DNA of 32,000 nucleotides from Candidatus Omnitrophota bacterium (GCA_963662715.1 OY759724.1:2160001-2192000); one strand, 5' to 3'; shown: positions 18,387 to 26,720, numbered from the stretch's first letter. The notes: generated by a model not told the origin, from the sequence alone. Translations and numbers: made by a program.

Positions 18387-18931
18387 GCAGATCGAAAATC
18401 ATCGGATATGGGATTTTAGGCGGGATTTTGCTGGCTGGCGTCGTTCTTATGGTTTCCCCCCCATCACAGGCTTCTTTAACAAAGACTTTTCAGCAGTATT
18501 GTCAGGATAAATATGAAGGGGGTGAAGAATGCCCGAAAAGTATCTGCCGTGAACGTATTGTCACGACATCCGTTGGTGAAGAGTTGACCTTGTGCTTGCC
18601 CAAGGATTGTCTGGAAATCTCGGCCAAGGACTGTCCTCAAGATTATTGCGCCCTGATGACAAATTGCTCCAATGAGCAAGTTTGCCATTATCAGATGCAG
18701 GGAGAGAGAGCCCAGTGCGGTGATTTGGCGTATGCCGGACAAGATGTCGAATGTTGTGAGGGCTTAATCAGGCGGTGCGGGATTGAATTCTTGGACGGGA
18801 CGTGTGACATGGAAGGCCGTAATTCCATTTACAGCCTGCCTATCTGTATCCCCTGCGGTGATGGATTTTGTAACAATTTTGAAAACCGGTGTAACTGCCC
18901 GGAAGACTGCGGGGACCCGCTCGTTAAGTAA
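18383..18931 (+). CDS. secreted cysteine-rich protein (20 Cys in about 150 mature residues)
   Basis: The start overlaps the upstream gene by ATGA, and SD GGAGGGA lies inside that gene's 3' end. The signal peptide ends ...SPPSQA. The C-terminal motif is CGDGFCNNFENRCNCPEDCG. Confidence 0.7.
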   Translation: MSRSKIIGYGILGGILLAGVVLMVSPPSQASLTKTFQQYCQDKYEGGEECPKSICRERIVTTSVGEELTLCLPKDCLEISAKDCPQDYCALMTNCSNEQVCHYQMQGERAQCGDLAYAGQDVECCEGLIRRCGIEFLDGTCDMEGRNSIYSLPICIPCGDGFCNNFENRCNCPEDCGDPLVK

Positions 18932-20069
18932 GCGCCTCTATGATTCCCTGGGCGGTCCGGTGGCTTGCCCCGGGGGAGCCCAGCAAACCCTTAACTTTGC
19001 TTAAGCTGGTTTTTATTTTTATTTTAATACTCTGTTCATTAAGGATTTCTGTCGCCTGTAAGGCAATCATTTCTGCTGTTGCGTCATATTGAACATACTC
19101 CGGCACAACTTTTTCTCCTGCCACAACATTGACCAGCCCGATGTGAGGGATTTTTACAAATATTTTAGCAAGCAGCCAGGTCAGCAGCGTTGTTTTGTAA
19201 ACGATAATCATCGGGATATTCAGAATGGCTGTTTCCAATGTCGCTGTCCCGGAAGTGACTAAACACAGGTCGCAGGCATGGATCCCGTCATAGATATTGT
19301 CGTCAATAATTGTTACCGGGACGTTTTGTCCGGACAGATGATGGCGGAGGCTCTCTAAAGGTATGGTCGGAGCCCTGAACAACAGAAATTGGACGGGGAG
19401 GGAGATATCTTTTTTTATAATAGCCGCTGCTTCGAGCATCGTCGGTAACAGTTTCGAAATTTCATTTTCTCTGGAGCCGGGGAGAATGCCGATGACTTTG
19501 TGCCGGGGGGGGATGTTATGGGAGAGCCGGAAATGGGCGGGAGAGACCGTCACTTTAACCTGGTCGATCAACGGGTGTCCCACGAAAGTCACGTCCATGT
19601 GATGCCGTGCATAGAAAGCCTTTTCAAAAGGGAAAAGCACAAACATCCGGTCTGTATATTCCCGGATGATATTCACCCTGTTTTCCTTCCAGGCCCATAC
19701 TTGGGGGCTGATGTAATAAAAGACTTTGATCCCCATCTTTTTTATCCGGGGGGCCAGACGCAGGTTGAAGCCTGGATAATCAACGAGAATGACGGCATCC
19801 GGGCGGGCCGTGCGGATCTGCTCAAGCAGGCTGTAAAAGATCTTCCTGATTTCCCCGTAATGCTTGACCACTTCCACAAACCCGACGACAGCAAGCCGGG
19901 TCAGGTCTGAATAAAGGTGCACTCCTGCTTCGGCCATTTTCGGCCCTCCTAGCCCGGAGAACGTGGCCGCGGGTTGCAGCTTTCTGATTTCCCGGACAAG
20001 GTGGGCGGCATGCATATCCCCGGAAGCTTCTCCGGCTACGATCATAAAATGGGGTGCGGATTTTGACAT
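18924..20069 (-). CDS. lpxB: lipid-A-disaccharide synthase
   Basis: The N-terminus FMIVAGEASGDMHAAHLVREI carries the GEASGD motif. The ~380 aa size and GT19-like sequence extend throughout. The start is ATG 20069, and an upstream TTG at 20087 is also possible. Confidence 0.9.
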   Translation of the reverse strand: MSKSAPHFMIVAGEASGDMHAAHLVREIRKLQPAATFSGLGGPKMAEAGVHLYSDLTRLAVVGFVEVVKHYGEIRKIFYSLLEQIRTARPDAVILVDYPGFNLRLAPRIKKMGIKVFYYISPQVWAWKENRVNIIREYTDRMFVLFPFEKAFYARHHMDVTFVGHPLIDQVKVTVSPAHFRLSHNIPPRHKVIGILPGSRENEISKLLPTMLEAAAIIKKDISLPVQFLLFRAPTIPLESLRHHLSGQNVPVTIIDDNIYDGIHACDLCLVTSGTATLETAILNIPMIIVYKTTLLTWLLAKIFVKIPHIGLVNVVAGEKVVPEYVQYDATAEMIALQATEILNEQSIKIKIKTSLSKVKGLLGSPGASHRTAQGIIEALT

Positions 20070-20177
20070 GGAAAAATGTCCCGGCAAGACATGATTAATC
20101 TAAGGATTTAGAATGTTTTGTCCAACCAACAGTTTTGCTGTGTTGTCTCAAGGATATGGGCATCTGGACTCGTTTTT

Positions 20178-21131
20178 TTAAGATAATGTGGCGGCGGCAG
20201 CCGATTTTTGCTGAGCGGATTCAATGCTTTCACAAATCTGCAGGGCCAGCTTTAACGCCGCCCGGCCTTCAACACCTGAGACAACAGGAGCGTTGTCCTG
20301 AAGGATACATTCGATAAAAGACTGCAGTTCCTGTTTTAGCGGCTCTTCCTTTTCAATCGGCAGGGCATGTTTGGAAATAAGGTTGTTGTGTTTCCTGTAA
20401 ATAAAGGCTTCCTGTTTCACATAGTCGAGGGAAATATAGGTATCCTTCAGGAAAATTCTGATTTTTCGCATCACTTCATCCGAGACGCGGCTCGCCGTCA
20501 GGTTGCAGACACAGCCGTTACTGAAGATAATCCGGGCAGAAGCAATGTCTTCCCGGCTGGTTAAGACATTAACGCCGACGGCATGCACATGGTTGACATC
20601 GCATTGGTTAAGGCCCAGGATGATGTCGATGTCATGAATCATGAGGTCCATGACCACTCCGATATCCAGCGATCTGTGCGGGAACTGATTGAGCCGGTGG
20701 CATTCAATGAAGCGCGGATGCTTTGTGAAATGACTGATAGCCATGAAAGCGGAATTAAACCTTTCGACATGTCCGACCTGCAGTTTAACTTTCTGTCGGT
20801 TCGCCAGCGCAATCAGCTCATCCGCTTGAGCCAGGGTCTGGGTAATAGGCTTTTCGATAAACGTATGGACACCTTGTTCCAGAAAGAATTTTGCAATCTC
20901 GTAATGAGAGACCGTTGGCACGCAGATATTGACGGCATCTATCTTCCCCGCCAGCTCCCGATAATCTGCATAATAAAGGACTTTGTAATGTTCCGCTAAT
21001 TTCAAAGTCCGTTCAGTCTGCAGATCACAAGCCCCCACACAGTTTACCAGATGGGAGAGTTCGGAATAAACTTTAAGGTGTCTTGACCCCAGGTGCCCGA
21101 TCCCAACAACAGCGACATTGATCTTTTTCAT
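20178..21131 (-). CDS. Gfo/Idh/MocA family NAD(P)-dependent oxidoreductase (possible UDP-sugar 3-dehydrogenase)
   Basis: The N-terminal Rossmann segment is INVAVVGIGHLGSRH. The EKP motif appears in FIEKPI. It is co-directional with and immediately upstream of lpxB. Confidence 0.8.
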   Translation of the reverse strand: MKKINVAVVGIGHLGSRHLKVYSELSHLVNCVGACDLQTERTLKLAEHYKVLYYADYRELAGKIDAVNICVPTVSHYEIAKFFLEQGVHTFIEKPITQTLAQADELIALANRQKVKLQVGHVERFNSAFMAISHFTKHPRFIECHRLNQFPHRSLDIGVVMDLMIHDIDIILGLNQCDVNHVHAVGVNVLTSREDIASARIIFSNGCVCNLTASRVSDEVMRKIRIFLKDTYISLDYVKQEAFIYRKHNNLISKHALPIEKEEPLKQELQSFIECILQDNAPVVSGVEGRAALKLALQICESIESAQQKSAAAATLS

Positions 21132-21177
21132 GTTTTTTCCTGTAAAGATGTAAGATTAATAGTCATAGAGTATTAAG

Positions 21178-21206
21178 AATATAACAAATACCTCGACAAA
21201 AGTCAA
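21178..21206 (-). promoter_or_regulatory. sigma70-like promoter for the oxidoreductase-lpxB operon
   Basis: Read on the minus strand, the -35 is TTGACT (plus 21201-21206). A 17-nt spacer follows. The -10 is TATATT (plus 21178-21183). The element lies about 45 nt upstream of the ATG at 21131. Confidence 0.45.
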
Positions 21207-21221
21207 TTGATATGCTAATAT
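21193..21221 (+). promoter_or_regulatory. sigma70-like promoter for the msbA-like gene
   Basis: The -35 is TCGACA (21193-21198). A 17-nt spacer follows. The -10 is TAATAT (21216-21221). The element lies about 50 nt upstream of ATG 21271. Confidence 0.45.
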
Positions 21222-21270
21222 CGCAACAATTCCGACAAAGCCGGTTCATTTTTTTTATTTTTCACTAAGA

Positions 21271-23064
21271 ATGAAAAATTATTTAAAATTACTTAAATTC
21301 CTCGCTAAATATAAGAAGTTATTCTCGATAGCCGTAGCGGTTATGTTCATTTCCCGCCTGTTTGAGGGATTTCAGATGTCTCTCATCGTGCCGGTTATGG
21401 ACAGGATTTTCACCAACAAGCCGATCATTCCTGCCAATAAGTTGCCGGACGTTCTCGAAAAGATTATCGCCTGGCTTAACAGCATTGAGCCGGAAACGAT
21501 GTTTTTGGCCCTGCCTTTTGTGGTGCTGGCTGTCATTATCCTCAAGCATGTCACAATCTATACTTATTCATTTCTTATGAACGATATTTCCCAAAGGATC
21601 ATGCGGGATATCCGGTTTCAGCTTTATTCTAAAATTCAGAGCTTCTCGCTGGATTATTTCAGCAAAAAAAGAACTGGGGAACTGTTGTCCCGTATTACGC
21701 ATGATGTGCAGATTGTTGAAAGCGCGGTTTCGTACAGTATTACGGATTTATTTGTTCAGACATTTACGGTTATGATGTATATCAGCATAGCCTTTATGAT
21801 ACACCTGAGAGCCGCGGTGCTCATTTTTCTCGTTTTCCCTCTTATTGTCTGGCCGATCAGCCTTATCGGGAAGAGACTTCGTAAGCTTTCCCGCAGCAGT
21901 CAGGAGAGGATGGCGGATATTAATACGATTCTGTTGGAGACGATATCCGGTGTAAGAGTCGTAAAGGCTTTCTGCACGGAGGCCTTTGAAATCGGACGTT
22001 TCCGCGGGAAGAATCACGATTTTTATAAACTGCGCATGAAATCCGTTCGTCGGACATTGCTGATTGGGCCGATTACAGAAATTTTTTCGGTGATCTTCGG
22101 GGTGGTCATTATTTTCTGGCTTGGTCGGCAAGTTATGAATGAACAGCTTTCGACAGGGGTCTTTTTCCTCTTTTTTGCCTCGATCATGTCGATTATCAGT
22201 CCTATGAAGAAACTGGGTAATGTGCATGCCATGCTTCAGCAGGCTCTGGCGGCCAATGAGCGGATTTATGACGTTTTAGACAAAGAGCCTACGGTTCAGG
22301 AAAAGCCCAGCGCGCTGCATCTCGCAACGATTCGCAACAATATTGAGCTTAGAAACGTTTCCTTCCGTTATGATGACGATACCGACCTGGTCCTGAAGAA
22401 TATCAATTTGGATATCCGGGTCGGTGAACTTGTCGCGATTGTCGGCCCTACGGGAACGGGCAAGTCGACGTTAGTCAACCTTATCCCGCGGTTTTATGAC
22501 CCGGAGGCAGGGCTGGTGATGCTGGACGGGATCGACTTGCGGGAGGTGAGTTTCCTGTCTCTTCGCCAGCAGATCGGGATTGTCGCGCAGGAGACGTTCC
22601 TTTTTAATGACACGGTCCGGGCGAATATTTCTTATGGCACGCCAAACGCGACCCAGGAAGATATTGAAAAAGCGGCTCAACGGGCTTATGCTCATAGGTT
22701 TATCATTGAAATGCCCCAAGCCTATGAGACGGTTGTGGGGGACAGGGGGTTCCGGTTATCCGGAGGCGAGAAACAGCGTATAGCGATCGCCCGGGCTATC
22801 CTGCGTAATCCCCCGATCCTTATCCTTGACGAAGCCACGTCTCAGCTTGATTCTGAATCGGAGAAATTTGTTCAGGAGGCCCTGGACGAACTCATGCAGG
22901 GCCGTACCGTGATTGCGATTGCCCATCGTTTGTCCACGATTAAAAAGGCCGATAAAATTGTGGTGCTTAATCAGGGCCAGATTGTCGGGAGCGGGACGAA
23001 TGAGGAGCTCCTTGTCCAGTGCGGCCTTTATAAAAGATTATATGAAACACAATTTCAGGTTTAG
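21271..23064 (+). CDS. msbA: ABC transporter permease/ATPase fusion, MsbA-like lipid A/lipid exporter
   Basis: A six-helix TMD is followed by an NBD. The NBD has Walker A GPTGTGKST, signature LSGGEKQR, Walker B ILILDEATS and H-loop IAHRLST. It is divergent from lpxB. Substrate is inferred from context only. Confidence 0.75.
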   Translation: MKNYLKLLKFLAKYKKLFSIAVAVMFISRLFEGFQMSLIVPVMDRIFTNKPIIPANKLPDVLEKIIAWLNSIEPETMFLALPFVVLAVIILKHVTIYTYSFLMNDISQRIMRDIRFQLYSKIQSFSLDYFSKKRTGELLSRITHDVQIVESAVSYSITDLFVQTFTVMMYISIAFMIHLRAAVLIFLVFPLIVWPISLIGKRLRKLSRSSQERMADINTILLETISGVRVVKAFCTEAFEIGRFRGKNHDFYKLRMKSVRRTLLIGPITEIFSVIFGVVIIFWLGRQVMNEQLSTGVFFLFFASIMSIISPMKKLGNVHAMLQQALAANERIYDVLDKEPTVQEKPSALHLATIRNNIELRNVSFRYDDDTDLVLKNINLDIRVGELVAIVGPTGTGKSTLVNLIPRFYDPEAGLVMLDGIDLREVSFLSLRQQIGIVAQETFLFNDTVRANISYGTPNATQEDIEKAAQRAYAHRFIIEMPQAYETVVGDRGFRLSGGEKQRIAIARAILRNPPILILDEATSQLDSESEKFVQEALDELMQGRTVIAIAHRLSTIKKADKIVVLNQGQIVGSGTNEELLVQCGLYKRLYETQFQV

Positions 23065-23076
23065 GTTGCTCAGTTT

Positions 23077-23106
23077 TCAGGTTGTCCGGAAGCGCGGACA
23101 ACCTGA
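23077..23106 (+). terminator. perfect 12-bp stem-loop 13 nt after the msbA stop (terminator candidate without U-tract)
   Basis: The arms are TCAGGTTGTCCG (23077-23088) and CGGACAACCTGA (23095-23106), with loop GAAGCG. TTTT precedes the stem. No T-run follows it. Confidence 0.4.
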
Positions 23107-23202
23107 GAACCCTTTGCCTGGATATCGGGTTGCTGGCGCAGGAATGATACCGCGCAGAGAATATGAAGCCAGGATAAGCGTACTGGCGGGAAACTGTCCC
23201 CT

Positions 23203-23230
23203 TTGACAGAAGAAGGTCGGCGGATATAAA
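23203..23230 (+). promoter_or_regulatory. sigma70-like promoter upstream of the methyltransferase gene
   Basis: The -35 is TTGACA (23203-23208). A 16-nt spacer follows. The -10 is TATAAA (23225-23230). Confidence 0.45.
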
Positions 23231-23258
23231 TTAAAAAGAACTTCAGGATGATCGTTTT

Positions 23259-23873
23259 ATGACATCTTCACCTGTGAAACTTAATATCGGTTGCGGGAAT
23301 AATAAAATGCCGGGGTGGATTAACATCGATTCCGTAGCGGAATTTGAACCGGATGTGCTGCATGATATTACGCAACCTTTGCCCTACGATGATTTGAGCG
23401 TTGAAGAAATCAATGCCGACGGCATCCTTGAGCATTTTGACAAATATTCCCGCCATATTGTTTTTTATGAATGGGTGAGGGTCTTGAAACTGGGAGGACG
23501 TATCCGCATCGGGGTCCCGAACTTCCAGAAGATTCTGTACCGGTACTTTAAATTTGATTTTTATGATTTCGTCGATACAATATTTGGTGAAAACATGCTG
23601 GAATCCGATGTTTATATCGGACATTTTGGCAATCATAAATGGGGGTACTCGGCGGCGTCCCTAAAAGATTTTGTTTGTGCTTTTGGGGTTGAGACGGTAC
23701 GGGTTGACATCCAGAGTTTGATCCTTCGGCTCGTTGGGACCAAACAGCGCCATATAAGCCGAGAGGAATTTGATACTCTTAAGGTATACTCCTCCGCTAA
23801 TGCCAGCGGGGTGGGGGCGTCCGAATTAACCATGGCTCAGGTTAAAGAGCGGATGAGAGTTTTTAACGGATGA
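23259..23873 (+). CDS. class I SAM-dependent methyltransferase (small, Methyltransf_11/23-like)
   Basis: Motif I is LNIGCGNNKMPGWINID. An acidic post-I residue is present. The segment VLKLGGRIRIGVPN is typical of this fold. Confidence 0.7.
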   Translation: MTSSPVKLNIGCGNNKMPGWINIDSVAEFEPDVLHDITQPLPYDDLSVEEINADGILEHFDKYSRHIVFYEWVRVLKLGGRIRIGVPNFQKILYRYFKFDFYDFVDTIFGENMLESDVYIGHFGNHKWGYSAASLKDFVCAFGVETVRVDIQSLILRLVGTKQRHISREEFDTLKVYSSANASGVGASELTMAQVKERMRVFNG

Positions 23874-23937
23874 ACCGTTTAAATGATAGAATAAAGGCTT
23901 TGTTGGGCCGGATATCCCTTGATCATAAGGAGTGGAC

Positions 23938-25782
23938 ATGGAACAGCATTTCATAGTATTATTTCAGGTTATTATTGTTCTTATCGGTATTTTTGCATTA
24001 ACAAAGATTAAAACGCCTTTTAAGTATCTTCTTTTGATCTTTTTCGTTTTTGGCCTGGTTATCCTTTTACAAAAGTATTCGAGGCTTCAAGCGCAGGGAG
24101 AGGGCCCGGCCGCTTCTTCACAGTCTTCCGCCTCCCAGAAACCAGAATCTCCGGCCCAAAAGTTTTTTCAGCAAGGCGTCGAGCTTGAAAATGCCGGGCA
24201 AATAGACCAGGCTATCGAGATATTTTCTAAAGTGATTGAACTCGAGCCGAATTTTTTTGACGGATATAACCACCGTGCCAACAGTTTAGCCCAGAAAAAA
24301 GAGTATGAAAAAGCGCTGCAGGATTATCAGAAGGCTATGGACCTGAATCCACAAGAGGCCACGTTATATTACAATAGAGCCGTGGTCTATTATTTGATGA
24401 AAAAATATCCGGAAACCCTGGAGGATTACAACAAAGCGATTGAATTAAACCCGCAATATGTCAAGGCGTATCTTAACCGGGGAACGCTTTTTGCGGAAAA
24501 CCGTCAATGGCAGCAGGCCTTAAATGACCGTGCGAAGCTGATCGAATTGGAACCAGATAAGGCAAAATGGTATGCCGGCCGGGCAGCGATTTATGTGTTT
24601 AAAAAGGAATTCGCCTCGGCGATCAAGGATTTTAACAAGGCGATCGAATTGGATCCTCAAGATGCTTCGTTTTTGTTCTTCCGGGGGATGGTTTACCTTG
24701 AAATGAACGAGAGAGAAAAAGGCCTGGCGGATTTAAAAGCGGCGGAAAGTTTGAGTGACGAGTATGCCGGGATAACCGATAAGGTCGCGTTCTATGGGCA
24801 ACAGCAGGATAAAGTCCAGTCCCTGGCTCCGGAAACGGTTCAGGCCGCGGAAGCGGTCGTCCCGGAGGTCGTCCCGAGGGAAAGGGAATATCTGGCGCTG
24901 CTGGAAAAAGATCCCCAGAATATTGATGCCCTTCTTTATCTGGCAGGGGCTTATGTCAGCGTAGGGAAGGGAGATACGGCTGCGGAATATGCCGAAAAGG
25001 CTCTCGGGATTGACCCGGAAAAAGCTGTAGAAAAAGATGCTTATATGATTGCGGTCATGGGATATTATTATTCCGGCAATATCAAGAAGAGTTATGAAAC
25101 CCTGCAGAAAGCCCTGGCGCTCGATCCTCAGAATGAAAGGGCTTTGGCGATGAAAGAGACGTTGGAATTTACCAGTAAAAATTATTATGACGGTCATATG
25201 CCGGAAAAAGCCTCTTTCGAAGGCTTCTCGACAATGTTCGAGCTTAGACAGGCTATAGAGAAGCTGGGCGTCGGAATCATCGGGCGGGCAGGCCAGCCCG
25301 ATCAGATCGTATATAGAGACAATAATATTTTCCTTGATCCTCCGGATAATTGGAGCAAGGTCCGAAACGCCAGGATGCCGAACGGCACATATGTTATTCT
25401 TCTTTATGTTGAAGATAAAGATAACCTTTTTCCGTCTATTGCGGTTACCAAAGACTTTCTCCCGCCGGGCGTCCACACGGCCCTGGAATTTTCGAAGTAT
25501 ATTAATAAGATCATGGAGCAACAAACCGGAGGAAAACTTCGCATCCCGGAACCCCGGTCGCTGGAGGTTAATGGTTATCAGGCGTCCTACATTGAAATGT
25601 CGGATAAAGACGGCCGTGCCAAGACGGCCTGGTATCAGTTTTTAATCGGCGGAGCTGTTTTTTCATTTCAATACACGAATACGCAAGCACGCTTTGATGA
25701 AGCCAAACCCGATTTTGAAAATTTTGTTTACAGCCTGAAAGTTGAAAAAGGTACGTCCTTCCCGATGGCAGATGCCCCTTAA
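23938..25782 (+). CDS. membrane-anchored TPR-repeat protein with non-TPR C-terminal domain
   Basis: ATG 23938 lies 5 nt after SD AAGGAG (a GTG at 23932 overlaps the SD). There are two N-terminal TMs. Repeated 34-aa units are present (AIEIFSKVIELEPNFFDGYNHRA, ALQDYQKAMDLNPQEATLYYNRA, TLEDYNKAIELNPQYVKAYLNRG, AIKDFNKAIELDPQDASFLFFRG). Confidence 0.8.
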   Translation: MEQHFIVLFQVIIVLIGIFALTKIKTPFKYLLLIFFVFGLVILLQKYSRLQAQGEGPAASSQSSASQKPESPAQKFFQQGVELENAGQIDQAIEIFSKVIELEPNFFDGYNHRANSLAQKKEYEKALQDYQKAMDLNPQEATLYYNRAVVYYLMKKYPETLEDYNKAIELNPQYVKAYLNRGTLFAENRQWQQALNDRAKLIELEPDKAKWYAGRAAIYVFKKEFASAIKDFNKAIELDPQDASFLFFRGMVYLEMNEREKGLADLKAAESLSDEYAGITDKVAFYGQQQDKVQSLAPETVQAAEAVVPEVVPREREYLALLEKDPQNIDALLYLAGAYVSVGKGDTAAEYAEKALGIDPEKAVEKDAYMIAVMGYYYSGNIKKSYETLQKALALDPQNERALAMKETLEFTSKNYYDGHMPEKASFEGFSTMFELRQAIEKLGVGIIGRAGQPDQIVYRDNNIFLDPPDNWSKVRNARMPNGTYVILLYVEDKDNLFPSIAVTKDFLPPGVHTALEFSKYINKIMEQQTGGKLRIPEPRSLEVNGYQASYIEMSDKDGRAKTAWYQFLIGGAVFSFQYTNTQARFDEAKPDFENFVYSLKVEKGTSFPMADAP

Positions 25783-25940
25783 AGAAGCGCACGCGGTCAT
25801 GTTTCCTATCCCCGAAAAGTCCCGTTTGCCGTGCTGATATTCAGTTCGTTTGGCTTTTAATTTTTAAGGATATTAAAAAAAGTCAGTACGTGGACGCATC
25901 CCCCTATTGACTATTCACAACTTTATATAAGAATATAGAG

Positions 25941-25964
25941 AATGCCGGGGCATTATTTTTCTTT
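25941..25964 (+). terminator. weak terminator-like hairpin plus T-tract
   Basis: The stem is AATGC/GCATT (25941-25945 and 25950-25954) with loop CGGG. The tail is ATTTTTCTTT. The stem is only 5 bp and lies about 160 nt after the TPR gene stop. Confidence 0.2.
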
Positions 25965-26115
25965 AACCTTTTACTTCATTTGAAAAAAGATAAGAAAGAC
26001 CCCGTTTGCTTTTTTCCCGGAACGGCAGAGTCAGGAAAGAACGTTGTTAAAGAAAACGTCCGCGGGCGGGGCAGAAACCTGTTTTTAAATGTCCCACAGC
26101 ATGAAGGGGGAATGT

Positions 26116-26592
26116 ATGAAGAAGATTATGGTTGTTGATGATGAAGTCGACTTGTGTGATATGATTGCCGAAACTTTGACCAGGACGGGGAAGTACGAGG
26201 TTCGAGTCATAACTGATCCTGAGCGGGTTGTTGTGAGCTGTGAGATTTATCGGCCGGATCTTTTGTTGTTGGACATCGTTATGCCGCGCTTAAAGGGAAC
26301 GGAATTGATTGAAATATTAAAGGAAAAATCTATGTTGTCCCATATGATTGTTATTTTGACAAGCGGCCTTGGGGAAATCGTGTATAATAAATTGAAGGAT
26401 AGTTGGAGCTGGCAGCCGAACTATTCTCCGGATATCGCCCAGGAAAGCCGTAACCTTGTTGTTGATAAAAGAGATGCTCAAAAAGTCGCCAGGGCTTATG
26501 GCGTAGACGATTACCTTGTCAAACCTTTCTCTCCCCGGCAGCTTCGGGACATCCTCGAGAAGAATTTGTCTTCAGGAAAAACGAAGGCATAA
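26116..26592 (+). CDS. single-domain response regulator (receiver) with about 30-aa insertion
   Basis: ATG 26116 lies 5 nt after SD AAGGGGG. Receiver residues are VVD8D9E, LLD53IVMP, LT82SG and K136 in YLVKPF. There is no output domain. Confidence 0.8.
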   Translation: MKKIMVVDDEVDLCDMIAETLTRTGKYEVRVITDPERVVVSCEIYRPDLLLLDIVMPRLKGTELIEILKEKSMLSHMIVILTSGLGEIVYNKLKDSWSWQPNYSPDIAQESRNLVVDKRDAQKVARAYGVDDYLVKPFSPRQLRDILEKNLSSGKTKA

Positions 26593-26678
26593 ACATTGTG
26601 TTTTTGCTGAATTGGATAGGATGCTAAGGGTAGAGAACATGTGGTCTCGGGTGAGGTGCTTGATAAAATTTTATAGGG

Positions 26679-26720
26679 CCTCATGTCCCATAACACATGA
26701 GGGCTTCTTTCCTTTCCCTT
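26679..26720 (+). terminator. stem-loop plus pyrimidine-rich tail downstream of the receiver gene
   Basis: An 8-bp stem CCTCATGT (26679-26686) pairs with ACATGAGG (26695-26702). The loop is CCCATAAC. The tail is GCTTCTTTCCTTTCCCTTTC. Confidence 0.35.

Noticed and set aside
19505-19512. G8 homopolymer (C8 on the coding strand) inside lpxB, and a G7 tract at 7284-7290 inside the 1097-aa gene, as possible phase-variation sites
   Set aside because: Both reading frames are intact and the tracts are short for slipped-strand switching. Phase variation of lpxB, which is normally essential, is unlikely. They are more relevant as potential sequencing-error hotspots.
19363-20999. Plus-strand ORFs (79, 136, 65 and 138 aa) within the lpxB and oxidoreductase regions
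   Set aside because: They lie antisense to two confidently identified minus-strand genes. None has a start context or a family resemblance.
22913-23206. 97-aa + strand ORF overlapping the msbA 3' end and the downstream spacer
   Set aside because: It is out of frame with the conserved msbA NBD. It runs through the 12-bp hairpin and the next promoter, and it has no SD.
24733-25524. 263-aa minus-strand ORF
   Set aside because: It lies entirely antisense to the TPR protein gene, whose repeats are clearly recognisable. It has no SD and an implausible R/F/I-rich composition.
25907-25940. TTGACT hexamer as the -35 of a promoter for the second receiver gene
   Set aside because: No good -10 lies at 16-18 nt. 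The best candidates are AAGAAT (4/6, 16-nt spacer) and GAATAT (3/6, 18-nt spacer). The better-looking TATATA/TATAAG run is only 11-13 nt away.
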